This document shows positions 51,621-64,000 of a stretch of 64,000 bases of DNA, one piece after another; the stretch's first letter is position 1; each line of letters opens with the position of its first letter. A program made the position numbers and the translations under genes. Under the pieces are notes generated by a model. The model was not told the origin of the DNA and searched no databases. It saw only the letters and a list, made by a program, of their open reading frames with translations. Location: positions 837,839-901,838 of the forward strand of contig RDEW01000013.1 in assembly GCA_011109175.1 (NCBI GenBank), written 5' to 3'. The DNA comes from Dicyema japonicum (Eukaryota > Animalia > Dicyemida).

Positions 51621-53122
51621 AACCATGAGCTATTGCCATCGACAACCAACGTTTAGTCTATCCACGTCCCAATTTTTTGAGTAAAGACAAAAACTTTCTG
51701 TACTCCGGCTGTCTCAACAACAATCCTAATTGTAATAATTCCAAATTTCTGGTTACTAATTATTATCCCCGTTCCTTTGAGTGAAGGAACTGGTGGCTAA
51801 CAGGAACATCACAGCCGAGACCAGATACTCCCAGAGATCCTCAGATGTATTTACTGCTGTACAGAACTCAAAGACGAGTCCATAGGAGAAGAGGTGGGCA
51901 GTACTCTGATCGTCAAGGAGGTAGGATGGGCAAAGTAGAGAGGAAGGTGTATTTATGTAGTGACCACAACGGAAGCGCGCAAAGTGGATACGCACTTCTT
52001 GCAGTCGGGAACATTCACTTAGATTTTTCATTTATTTCCTTGGAACATCTTAAAGATGCTATATCGCTATGCCTAATTACTGGCATTTGTGAGCAGAAGC
52101 TGGCAACTCAATTGCTAGTTTTGAACTTTTTTTTCAAAGTTAAAAAACACAAACATATTTGAGGTCTTTGATGTCAAATCAGCGCCTGTCATATTTATGA
52201 CAAACACGTGGAGAACTATCCCAGTGCTCAGTGTTAATTTCTAGTGGACATAGCTCATAGTAACATCGAGAATTAATGACTAATAATTGATCTCAAAGAC
52301 AGACTTGCCCTAGTTTCCTTCAAATGTGTGTCAGACGATATTCAGACACAAAAATAGTGTATTGACGTCAACCCCCTATCCTAAATCCATCAAATCCCTC
52401 AACCGTAAGAGAAGAAGTGGAACGCAGTAATGGTACTCTAAAATTTAAGTAGGTCATGATTAGTTAAGTAAACCCGCCCCTCAATAACTTAAAGGAGACC
52501 AGCAGCCATTATGTAGGATGCCCATAGATCAGTCAATTTCATTTAATTTTTGATGATAACCCTTACGTGGCAAAAATTGGATGCCAGTTTCACTACGACA
52601 TCAAAAAACCGTAATTACTCCCCTGTCAACCAGTTCTCCGACATCATCGAAGTCGGACAAATGATGGCGGGTATTTATAAGTAGGGCACCACCTCATAAA
52701 AATCTCAATTAACCGCCAAATTATGTTCCTCGGTTCTGGGTTGATAGCCAAAAAATATTGCGGAATAGGTCATAAAGCTTGAAGAAAAGATTAAGGACAT
52801 TTGATGAGGATAACACAAGTCGACGTTTTTTAAAATCAGATACGAGGAGAGAGTGGGTCGTAATGAAACGGTATAGTTGCCCAAAAAGGGAACATCATTG
52901 GGAATCCGAGATTCGTTTTTGCCAAGTTTGTCCCCCAAGCGGACCAACCGTAGTTAATAATCGAACTGATGTCCTGGGAGTACATGGGTCCTAAGGTTAA
53001 ACTAAAACTTGGGGTTAAATAATTTTTAAATAATGTAAAAATAAAATTAATTTAATTATTTTTTATTTTTTTAATATTGGTTAACCTAAAAATAAATAGA
53101 CTAAAAATGCAAATTTTGCGAA

Positions 53123-54450
53123 ATGAAATACCTAAAACAGTTTCTAGTTAGTCTTTTAGCGCTATCTAGCAAACACAGTAAACATCACCAAGCATCAAAT
53201 ACTTCACTAGAATCCCCACTATTTTTATGTTATAAAATAGCTCATGTTTAGTGCCCGGGCTCGGAGGCGCAAAATTATACGCAAGAAATGAGAAATGTAA
53301 TTTTAACAGAAAATACCTAATTTGGCCATCCATGTATGATCTGGCAGATATTAAAGACATGTGCCATTTTTTTGCCATAAAGTACTAATTTATTTATTCA
53401 GGCTTGAGTGGAAGAATAAGCACCCGGTTAACCATACGGGGTTCGAAGTAACCACTGGATCATTTGGTCACCCCACTTCCGTGGAAAACCTTTCTTTTTT
53501 ATCACTATTACTGGGATTTGGCGGATATTTTTCTTCGATTATTTCTCATTTTACTCACTCAAAGTCGTTTTTCTACGAAGAAAATGTCAATTTATTCGGG
53601 ATACCATACGACTTCAGACTGGGGATGGGTGGTACTCAATTTATTCTGTTTAGGGGACCTCAATTACACTTTTGTTCAGTTAAAAAATCTCATAGAACTG
53701 AGTTACGAGAAAATAGGTCGCCCCGTCACTCTTCTAGGTCACAGCTACGGCTCTATCTTGGGAGTTTCTTTTCTCTCCAACCAAACCATAGAATGGCGGA
53801 CAAAGTATATCAGAAGATACATCAGCATATCCTGTCCCTTTGGTGGATCCATCATCGCCCTTCAGGGCATTCTGACTGGTTTCTAGTTTTTGAAATTCCA
53901 GGAATCAATCTGCACAATAGCATTAAGTCTTATCATGCCATGAAGAACATCTTGCAGTCGTTTTCCGAGCACATTGACTCTCCTTCCATTCACGGGGAAC
54001 CGACTCACGGTCAACGGCACTGAGTTCCACAGGGACAACTATGATTACTTGATCGAAGTAATATTTCAGTTTATCCGCAGAAACTGAATGCTGGGGGTGA
54101 TATGGATATGATGGAAATTTGGAACGCGAACAAAAATGTTCTTCCCGAACTGAAAGTCCCAGAGGACGTCGAGACTTACTTTCTGATAAGCTCGGGGATC
54201 GAAACTATTGATCATCTATAGTTCCACGTGCATTATAAATCTAAGTTATTCGTCATGGGAGGTATTCCCGACTTTCCCGGTCATAACTTATGGTGATGGA
54301 GACGGAACGGTGGAGTTTTCCAGTCTAATAGAATGTTATAAAAGACATCCTTGGGCCAAAACTCGAGTTTTTAAAGGTATTGATCATCGGGGGATGCTGA
54401 GTGATGAGAGGGTACAAGAATATATCAACGAAATACTCCGAAATCACTAA
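53123..54450 (+). CDS. LCAT/PLA2G15-family acyltransferase/phospholipase, 7 exons
   Basis: LLPGLGG, GIPYDFRL, GHSYG (Ser), PFGGS, GDGDGTV (Asp), DHRGML (His). Introns at 53229-53251, 53382-53401, 53632-53653, 53879-53901, 54058-54080 and 54221-54245. One extra T near 53962. Confidence 0.9.
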
Positions 54451-55799
54451 CTTTAGTTATTTCTCTCTAACGGGTTTCAATTTTGGGAACTTTATTGCTT
54501 GAAAATATCACTTAGGGTAGCTTAAAAACGGAATTCGGTTAAACTAATAAGGATAGAGGTGGTGGATGAATTATTATTAACTCTGAGTACAACGAGAGTT
54601 CCCACGGTCGCAGATGAGAGAAACGAGTCCTTACGAGATCACTCATTTTTAGCAGTGTACATAGGCGTGGCGCAGAAATTGAAGGAAGCAGGACAAGAGC
54701 ACTTTTTGGGTCAACGACGATACTGTCAAGGAATTGCAGACCAAATATCACGAAGCGGTGTCTTATTGGCTGATTTCAGTGTAGGTAGTCAATAGTGTGG
54801 TTTTCATTTTGTACCCACCAGGCAACTATTTTGTAGATCTTGGTAGAGAGGTTGAGTTTGTTCACTACAAATGAGAGTTTTCCAACAATCAGGCGACCTT
54901 CATGAAAGCTAGTAATATTAAATAAGGTCATTGCGGCACATTTACTGGTTTTGAATTAATGGTAAGCTAAAATATCATACGTTTGTGGTGATGATACGGT
55001 AATAGTCTACATCCCGTCAAAACTGATGAGAACCTCTCTTCTCTGTAATTGGAATGAATCCCAGACTTTTAAGCTAAACAAGTGTTGGGTACAGCTACTT
55101 CCTGGATTCTGTTTGGTTTCCCTAAAACTAGGCCAAGCATTATCAGTGAAGACATTAATAGAACGACCGAGAATAATCTAATTTTTATTTTTCCTCAATA
55201 CACCTTGTTCTAGTTCCTCTAAGCGACAGACGAAATCCTATTCAGAAGCATAGTGTATTTGATGTTTACTTGGAAAATTAAGTTGCTAACCACAGCTTCC
55301 CTAGCATGTACAAATCTGGCAAACCGTTAGGTAGCGTACTGTTCCGAGGGAGATCCCAGAGATCTTAAATGTACACATGGTGGTCCATGGCAAGCAAAAA
55401 GATCACTACTTTACACTCATGGACTATGAAGTACAATAACGAGGTAATATCAATGAGGTTTTTCGACAGGTAAAGTGTTGTAAAAATCAAGGGTTGAGTT
55501 CGATATCGTCAAGGTTAATATGATTTGTGGGAACAAAGCTTCGTGCTTGGTCACTGGCACCGTCTGATGTTCCTCAGAATAGTCCAAGTGTATCAACTAA
55601 GGTACCGTGTGTGCTACACGATTTAGGATCCCTCACCAGATGTCTCCACCGGGGTATGTCCATGTTTGGTGAAGTGGTTCTAAAATAAAAAAGCCAAAAA
55701 TAAATAACATTGAATAATAAAATAATTACCAGTAAAATATTCCTTTTATATGATTTACGCCCAAATTCTAATAAAATTATATTCTCTTAGGAATGTAAC

Positions 55800-56085
55800 C
55801 CAGGCAAAGGCCCGATGCCCCCTAATCTCGCTGCTGTACATTCAGGTTGAAGGGTCCACGTATCTACGATGCTTTGGCTTGACGAGTGACGCTGTCATCA
55901 GTAAATATCTCACTGCGGAACCGGATCAGCTACAAAAAAAACTCACACCCAACAAAAATAAAAAACAAGTTAAGAGCATTATTTGGTTCTTTTTTATCGA
56001 TTAGTTATGATAACTGTTTTTTACTTATAAAGTGTGTGTCCTGGCTGGGAAAAGCTATAGCTCATATTCTCTTGCGCAGTATGTA
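55800..56085 (+). mobile_element. SINE family copy with TSD
   Basis: Core conserved; 13-bp TSD TTAGGAATGTAAC at 55787-55799 and 56086-56098. Confidence 0.85.
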
Positions 56086-56794
56086 TTAGGAATGTAACGC
56101 CTTCTCTAATTTATCAAATTCCCTTGGAATTCCCATCAAATGATTCATTTTTATTCTCATGAAAATTAAAGTATTTTCTGCTGAACAAAATGTTCATAGT
56201 TAAGTAGCATTTTGGAAATTGAATTAAACTCAAAAATTTGTCTTTACTTATGCTTTTACTCAATGAAGACTGAAGCGACTTAAAATTGAAGCTGATCACA
56301 AAAAACCAATAGTTACCATGGTAACGGACATGAAAGACTGTATTCATATGCTTATGGAAAAAGCGGGAGTGCTTTCAACTTAACCAACTAATGACTCATA
56401 GATGTTTTGCTTCAAGTCCTCTATCCTCGATTGCCTCTTAACAATTATTCTAAAAAATTTTTTCCTCAAAGTCATTTATTACCTTTTTAACTTTAAGTGA
56501 ATCGATTAATATGTGGCACCAACATCCCAAACAAGGTAGGCTCCTGCACAGAGCATGATTGTCCAGATCTTAGGCCCTCAAGAGACAAAATATTTATTAT
56601 TAACCCCAGGTTTACTATATTTCCTAAGCCCAGCACAAACAGTCACAACTAATCAATCCAAGGAAAGATTCCCAAGGGAGAACGTATTCTTATGTCGACC
56701 AGATCCATCCTCAATAGTCCATTACAGTCTTTCGAAGAGAAACGGAGAAGTAGATCTTTCATTCTTGTCTCTCGTCCTACCGTACTCTTCGACG

Positions 56795-56866
56795 AGAATA
56801 GACCTTCGTTGAAAAGTCCATATTTCGGATTTGAACCCACGACTTTTAAATCCGATGTCATCAGCC
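56795..56866 (-). repeat. tRNA-like head of the second repeat family
   Basis: GGGTTCAAATCC B box; homologous to 16070-16150. Confidence 0.45.
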
Positions 56867-57659
56867 AAAAAAGTCTGAGATAAAAAATAATAAGTATAAC
56901 GCCTTTTTTAAGGGGGAGGGGGATTTAAATTAGATTAATTATGATATATTTATAATTAAATTTATTTTAGTAATTTAAATAATATAGCGGCAACTTTTTG
57001 AATTTGATGATATGCAGTGACTTTCGATGCTAATTCCCAAAAATTCTTCCTTTAATTTTTCTTAGCTTTATTAAAGTTCCTATACATTTGACAATGTGGG
57101 ACATTCATTATAATTCTAAGTAATCCTGATGGTCAACTTTTGTTACAATCAATTACTTTTAGATGTAGTTTTATACGAATGATGTGGACCCCAAATGGAA
57201 GGAAACTATCAAATCTACGTACTCTGAGCTTCTTGTATACTCCCAATTTTATGCAATCTTTGTCGGTAACTTACCCACAATTATGTCTCTACTTTGTCTT
57301 GATTCTTCTCTCTTTTCTGTATGCTTGTTCTGATTTCTCTAGAGTCAGTCTTGAAAGGTTCATAAGTTAACATGGGTACCTCTTCTTCTACCTTGAAGTC
57401 AGAATTAGAAACGTGGACATCCAGAATCATAGCTTCTGAACTGACTGATCAAAAATATGGACAAATTATTTCATCAGTAATGTAAAGGTTCTGCTTATGT
57501 GATGATGCCAGAGGCAACCTTGGAAAAATGGCAACCTGTGACCTTAAACACCGGATAAGATTTGAAGATGTGTTTTTCACAGGTGAATACCATTCTAAGG
57601 GATTTGTACTGTCAATGCCACTATAGAATTTATCTACGATTCGGGATTTAATTCTTTTT

Positions 57660-57950
57660 TGTCGCAGTGGAACAAGTACCGGGCAAGAGGCCTGATGTCC
57701 CATAGTTCAAATCTCGCTGCTGTACTTTCCGGCTTAAGGTTCCACGCATCTACGATGCTTCTAGGTTCATGACGCCCTCGTCGATGTTTCATCACCGTGG
57801 AACCGGATTGTCTGTGCGACTTAAGCAAAAAGAAAAGAACCAGAAGTCAAGAACATTGTCGATGTATGTTCTTTATTTCATAAATTAAGTGTCTCCTCTT
57901 TGGAGGAGTTATTGCTAATATGGCTCTTCGTAAAGTGCAGTATTATTATA
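57660..57950 (+). mobile_element. SINE family copy
   Basis: gtcgcagtgg..agttcaaatctcgctgctgt..ggttccacgcatctacgatgc..gtgcagtattatta. Confidence 0.8.
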
Positions 57951-58111
57951 TGAACCCGAATCAGATAGAAATGCGCGGATGTTCACTTATAGCAGATCAT
58001 ACTTGTGTTCCTTTGTTTTTGATTTTTTTAACAAAATAAATTAAAAAAATATATATAAAAATTAAATAAAAAATATAAAAATTAAATAAATTGGATTTGT
58101 ATTGTTAATAG

Positions 58112-58400
58112 TTGGAATTCATAAACTCCTCTGGATCTTTAATTCGTAAAACAGTGAGATCTCACATCAACAAAGCTTACAGGAGAACAAAACCCATGGA
58201 GGTGACCTTACATTCGGAACAAGTCGAGAGAATCTGGTATGACAAGGTTAGGGTGGGTAACTTTAGGTTTGGCGTACTCAGGTTTCAACCTGCTTGGTCA
58301 CACGAACTTCCGTTGAATTTATAAAGACAAATACTTCTTTGTAGGGCTAACACTCACTGATGTCCCGCCAGTCTGTCAAGTGCAACAAAACACACGATGC
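58112..58400 (+). mobile_element. Old relic of the H4-LINE family ORF1 (pre-knuckle region)
   Basis: ERIWYDKVRVGNFRFGVLR versus ERICLEKLKIGYFRFGVAR in the young ORF1. Confidence 0.55.
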
Positions 58401-59859
58401 ATATTATACTTCTCTCCATCTTCAACCTGAGTTGTCTTCCTTATTTAATTGATTGATGATTCTTGGCAGAGATATTTGATTGGTTAGGAGATCCGCCTGA
58501 GAGATTAATAAATTCTTACTATGAGCTCATCTATATAGCTTTAGTATCTTGTAATGGAAGAGCACTAATGAACTAAAGAGTCTCCGGGTTATAAAAAACT
58601 GTCGTTATTGATCTGCCTTGCAGAGCTCCAGTATGACCGTAGTTTTCCTGATTCAACAGTCGCTGCCGTCAACAAGTCAAAATTCTAGTTTAGTCTGGTT
58701 CTTAGTGCTAATAATTCTGAAAGAAATAGCATAGAAATGCCAGGAATGTGATACATGCGTGTAAATGACACGTGTGGTCTGAGTCCATTCAACGTGTTTA
58801 ATCAACCCTTTAAAATTATTTTATAAGGCAGACTAGAAATATTTGAGAACGGAGACCCTTCCCCCGTTCAATAAGCACTACCCAAGTCTTCCGATCGCTG
58901 AACGTTAATATCAATTTCCTGATTTTCCAATTTTTTGTAAGAATTCCAAAAGTCAGTCAAATTCAAAAAGCGTCTAATAAAAATGAGTCTTAGAGCTTTA
59001 ATAATATCGATATCCACGGGTCCGTGCTATTTTTATAAGCTTGTATCCAGTTTTTTCAGATTATAGATTTGGAAGGGTTTATATGCTTTTGGAATTTGTT
59101 TAGTGTTCAAGAAAAGAATTAATGTCGACAGATGTTCGCATTTATATGCAGCATCTCCCGGTAGTCACTAACCATAGACTTACTACTTTATTATTCTAGA
59201 AATCCGGTACATTTGTCGATTTTGGTAATCAAAATCCAGGACTTTTCCGAGAAAAAAAAATTTTCACAGAAAAAAAATATTTTTATTTAAAATTCGAATT
59301 TGAGCTGAATGAACTTTATCTATAAATTTTTGATTATTATTTTATTTTTTCAAAAAATCAATAAACATGTCAATGTTCAATTTACAAGTCAATAATGATT
59401 TGAGGTTTCTTATTTCATTCGACCTCTCTCTTTTGACCAAGCGGTTTTCACGATTGAAAATATTCTTTCTACAGGAGCAGTAGTGCCGAGTACGCACAAA
59501 AACATAGATAATTTAAAAAAAAATAGGAATTTGAATAATCTTCTCATTAATATGCGTCTAATTAATCAGCAATTATCCTGATTAGTTTTCCATTCCTTAG
59601 TTTTTGTTGAGTAAAACGATTTAAAATTTACAAATTCATTAAATCAATCGTCGACATTTATATCTTCGAATCCAATTGCTATATTAATTTTTTCTGCCAA
59701 TGTTCTACATCAACCCATTCAATAAGATTTTTTTATCCAAAGAAAGAATACATTTTCTCTTTCACGGGACACTTCCGGGACTGTCCCGGCTAATCATGGA
59801 CGGATGGTAAGCAAAACTAACCATCGATACATTGGACATTATTATCTCAAAAACACCAA

Positions 59860-60560
59860 TAGTTAATCATAATTACTAAATTGTGGTTTGGAAAATAGAA
59901 ATTGGAGAGGGGTGATGTGTACCCTTCTCATATGACACGTCGTGGCTGTGTATTGTTGAGAGTTGCACTCTCTGCACAGGGTAGCAAATCTTTTTCCATT
60001 TTGTAGGATAAGGTCTTCAAGTGATGAGAAAATTAGTTTTTCTACTTTTCCGAGATTATTAATAGTAAAGGTTGTTAACGACTGAATGTCGCTGGTTTTT
60101 TGTTTGTTCGTCCACGATAGATTGATTCCACATGACACAAAGGCATAGATGATAGATGACTCAAAGAATTGTGTGTACAACAATTTCAATGCTAGGAAAA
60201 AGTTTTAATGTCACCGAAAATAGTTTTGATCATCCCTAGCTTTCTTGAGCAGCTTCCAGAGTTGCCGTCGACGTGATATGAGAAGATGAGAAGAACAAGT
60301 TAAATAAGACGGGTAATAAAGGAGAACTTAGTGGGACATCATTTGTTAGTAATTTTGAAACTGATTTGGTCCCATCCATGTATACCAGGGCCCATCTTCT
60401 ATTGATGAAATTAGCAAGCCAAAGTTTTATATTAGGGTTGACTAGGAGGACAAACAATTTCCGGGTTCGGATTTTCCTTGAGACAGAGTCGAAGGCCTTT
60501 TGTAAATCGATCGAACAAACGACTGTTTTGAAATGACGAGAAGTTATGTTAAAGCCTTTA
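59860..60560 (-). mobile_element. LINE RT relic
   Basis: IDLQKAFDSVS, DVPLSSPLLPVLFNLF, LYTQFFE..SWTN. Confidence 0.7.
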
Positions 60561-60649
60561 ATAATAAATTAGTAAAAATTATTGTTATTTCAAATAAAAA
60601 AAATATAATTTTATATATTTATTAAATTTAAAAAACGTGAATTAATTAA

Positions 60650-61250
60650 TATGCCGAACGACATTGTTATTGGTCACATGGGACATCCAGATTGCTACTT
60701 CGAGATTGCAACAAAATCTGGACCATATAACGGATGGTTATTGAAGAATCGCTTGTCAAGCAGGACTGAGAAGTCCGTCAGTCACAACATTTTTTACATC
60801 AGACAAGAGACTCAGAATACCAACGGTCGATTTGAAATTAACATAGGTGTTATCCTGTTCAGAAAATACCAAAAGATCCTTGGGATAACTTTTGACATAC
60901 ACATGTCATTCTACCCCATGTTGAAAATGTAATTACAAAATGTGAAAAAAAACTAATGTTTTGAAATGTCAATATTGATTATGTAAGATAGGAAATAGCC
61001 CTATCCTGAGTTATATTGACAACCAAGCCATGTGGTCCATTCATTTCCTGGACAAATGTTTTGAAAATTGAGGCTAGCGGAAAAAGAGCTCCAAATTATG
61101 GAACGATGGACTTATGGAGAGTTCCAGAACTCCAATGCCTCTAGAATCTTTGATATGCATGAACCGTGGAACGTGCTGTTGTGACTACGAAGATCCAGTC
61201 ATTCGGCCGATTCGTGTCGTGTGAATTGTAATGCTAGAGTGGGAGTATCT
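60650..61250 (+). mobile_element. LINE RT C-terminal relic
   Basis: DIVIG/WSH, KILGITFD, GPFISWTNVLKIE. Confidence 0.6.
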
Positions 61251-61949
61251 ATTTTCCCCCCAATTAGGGACCACTTAATGGTGTTCGGTCTACAATTCCG
61301 GAGCATCCCCCTGCCATGGCTTTCAAATGACAATCATCCTTTCCCTCGCTGACAAATTTTGCATTCTTCGAATGTACCGGGGGCAAAACAAAAGATTGTG
61401 GAATCTCTTGGACACTCAATCTGGTTAGAATGCTAAACAGTGACTATGTCTGGGGACACAATGAACTTGTGAAGTGCACCCATTTGAATTTCTGCAGAGA
61501 ATATGGAATCCAAAACCAAAAAACATGAGGGGACGTTCATTTAGTCAATAATATCTACCAAAATGTCGAAATACGTGTTGATACATCGATATTGACCAAA
61601 CGAAGATACAATACAGCCCTTAATTTTGAAAAAACTTCAATATTGTAGATAAATATATCTTTCTCGAAAAAAAAATTTATAACCAAATTGGACACATTTA
61701 GACTGACTATTAATCCACGTGGAGTGCACGATAAGAGTATTGGAAACCCGTTGGATTACTTCCACTTATTTTCTCTGTTTCAGTTTCAAGTATATTTTTT
61801 GAATTTTCTAATTTGAATATAAAAATGCAATAATAGTGAACACTTTTAGTGAGACTCCTAAATTTCATGAAAACTCTTGGAAGAATGACCGTTGATTTAT
61901 TTATCAACCAAACTAAAAATACCTTTTACGTAGAAATTGAAAATCTTAG

Positions 61950-62330
61950 GAGTCGCCTTTGACACGCACATGACCTTCTCCCTCATGTCGAATATATCTC
62001 TCCGGAACCTGCTTAAGAAAGCTTAGTTTGATCAAAATCTATTTTTGGTGGCATCAGAACCCCTTTCCCAGCATTGAAACTACTACATAAACAATTCATT
62101 GAGCCATCTATCAGCTACGCTAACAGAAAATCAGTGATATTCAGTCCCTATCAGCTACAACTATCGGCAAGCTCGTGAGAACAGTCAGTCTCACATCCAC
62201 CTCTCTGGAAGACCTTATCGGACAAAATGGGAAGGGATTCGCCGCTCTGTGCCGAAAATCCAACTTCCTACAATGCTCTAATGGATTGGATTGGTCTTAC
62301 TAGAAAACTTTACATCACCCCTCTTGTATT
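61950..62330 (+). mobile_element. LINE RT C-terminal relic
   Basis: FDTHMTF, LLHKQFIEPSISYA, SLEDLIGQNGKGFA. Confidence 0.55.
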
Positions 62331-64000
62331 TCTTTCAAAACCCTCCGTCCTCAGAGAAGCTGTGTTGGATCTCGGAAGGTCCACCAAAAAAAGATGAGAG
62401 ACCTGATGGAGGCGGCCGGGATCACCTAATTAATTTAATAAAATTAAATTAACTATTAATGTTCTTGGGTTAAAATAAAATAAAAACTGTTGCAGAAATA
62501 CATCCAAACGCAAGACACAGTTTATAGTGAGTTATTCGATAATTTTCTGAATTTCCTAATTTAAAAAATACTTATTTTCAATGGGCTCATGATTTCTGAG
62601 GGAGGTGCTTAGTGCCTGGAAGTCGTAATGGAGTAGCTAATTTATGTGAATTTCCTAAGAATTTAATTATGAATGCTATACTGCGGAACCAGATCGTCTT
62701 ACTATGATTGGGAAAAAGAGGCTTTGGGGAGCAGAAATGCTGTAGCACTGATCTCAGGAAGTCTCCATCCAAATATTTTGATTTCTACAAGGGGCAAAGA
62801 CGGAGACGAATTTAAATATTATTTTAGTCGAAGATGATATTTTCCAGTGTTCTTTGGAGGCAAATAGGGATCTTACGGATTTGTTTGGAATAATCAGATT
62901 CGAGTAGTGGGAAGGTTAGATTATTAGGGCTAGGTGATTGTTGGGAATATTACAAGCTCCTAATTTGAGGTGGTCATCCAACTGAAGGATCTTGGTCTCC
63001 TACTGTGAGTTGTCAGCATCATGTAATCTCGGCTTTCAAAATTTGAATACTTATATTAACATCCTGGCCCAGTGTTCCTCTCTCGTGCCCACACATGACC
63101 GCACTGGGAGGCTAACTGAATTAACGTAGTAACGTCCTCATATTCTGAATTCCAGTCGAATAAGAGCTTCCAGAAGAATCGGTCCGGATCGATATTCACC
63201 ACAAATCCACCACACAGTAACTCTTAGCAGGCTTTTCTGCATTTCCTCAATCTTCATCATATTCGTCAAAATATGGAAGGTACACACAAGGCAAATTTAC
63301 ATATTATATTTAAATGATTTTATTTATTTATTTTAAATAAATTAATAAATTTATATTATTCTGAAAATTAGTGGTTTTTTTAATTTAATAAAAATGAATT
63401 TTTATTATCAAATAATTAAGTTTAGTTAAAAGTGAGGAAAACTTTAAATAACGCCCTAGTTGAAGGTCCTAGACTATTCATGGGGGTCTCTTACTAATCG
63501 GTCAATTCATTGTAAACTGAGCATGCGGAAGGTTCTTATTCTCCCCTATACAGTCTTGATAGTTTTTTCTGATCCCCATTTAACTTGGCTTAGGTTTTCA
63601 TCCGAGACCGAACATTATGGCCGATTTCTTCGTCTATTTCAGATCAAGGAGATTCTTTCATTCTCGGAGAGAAAAATGACCCCTCACATATATAAGTGAT
63701 GGTAGAATTATTCTGAGAAGTAAAGTGAAAATTATCCCCCCTAATCTTGGCCTTTTAAAGACACGGCGTAGATTAAAAGACTTTCCCTTTCCCGGCTTCA
63801 ATGTAAAAGAGACATATCTCGATTATAGGTTCTTCAATTCAACGACTTGCTGACTTGCATTCCCGACGACCTTTGACGTTGAAGATTGTCCTTGGGGCTC
63901 TAAATGATAACTGTGCCCATAGTAGGACTGCCAAAATAAAATAATCTTCATTTTCAGCGGATCTTCGTTAAAATACAAAATTATGTAATTCCACAACGTC

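Overview
AT-rich eukaryotic DNA in the standard genetic code. It is gene-poor and transposon-rich. Four host genes are recognisable: a di-ubiquitin, an FBXO47/PROM-1-like gene, MAK16 and an LCAT/PLA2G15-family lipase. The last three are split by ultra-short 20-28 nt GT-AG introns, which suggests a reduced animal such as a dicyemid (inference). The rest is mostly decayed LINEs (CRE, RTE, Jockey/I-like), DNA transposons (pogo/Tigger, Tc1, hAT, Merlin-like), a tRNA-derived SINE family and a 28S rDNA fragment. The outstanding structure is a young nested array at 33.3-50.6 kb with the layout A-L-A-L-A. A is about 2.6 kb and carries most of a FLYWCH-MULE transposon with modular 15-bp-repeat TIRs. 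L is a 4.3-kb LINE whose ORF1 begins with a histone H4-like domain (SGRGKGGKG-GKSGAKR plus remnants of the H4 fold). A repeated linker joins that domain to a Gag-like CCHC protein. Scattered single-base indels at short runs suggest imperfectly polished long-read sequence, so intact ORFs are inferred from copy consensus. All homology calls are from motif recognition by eye, not database searches, and relic boundaries are approximate.
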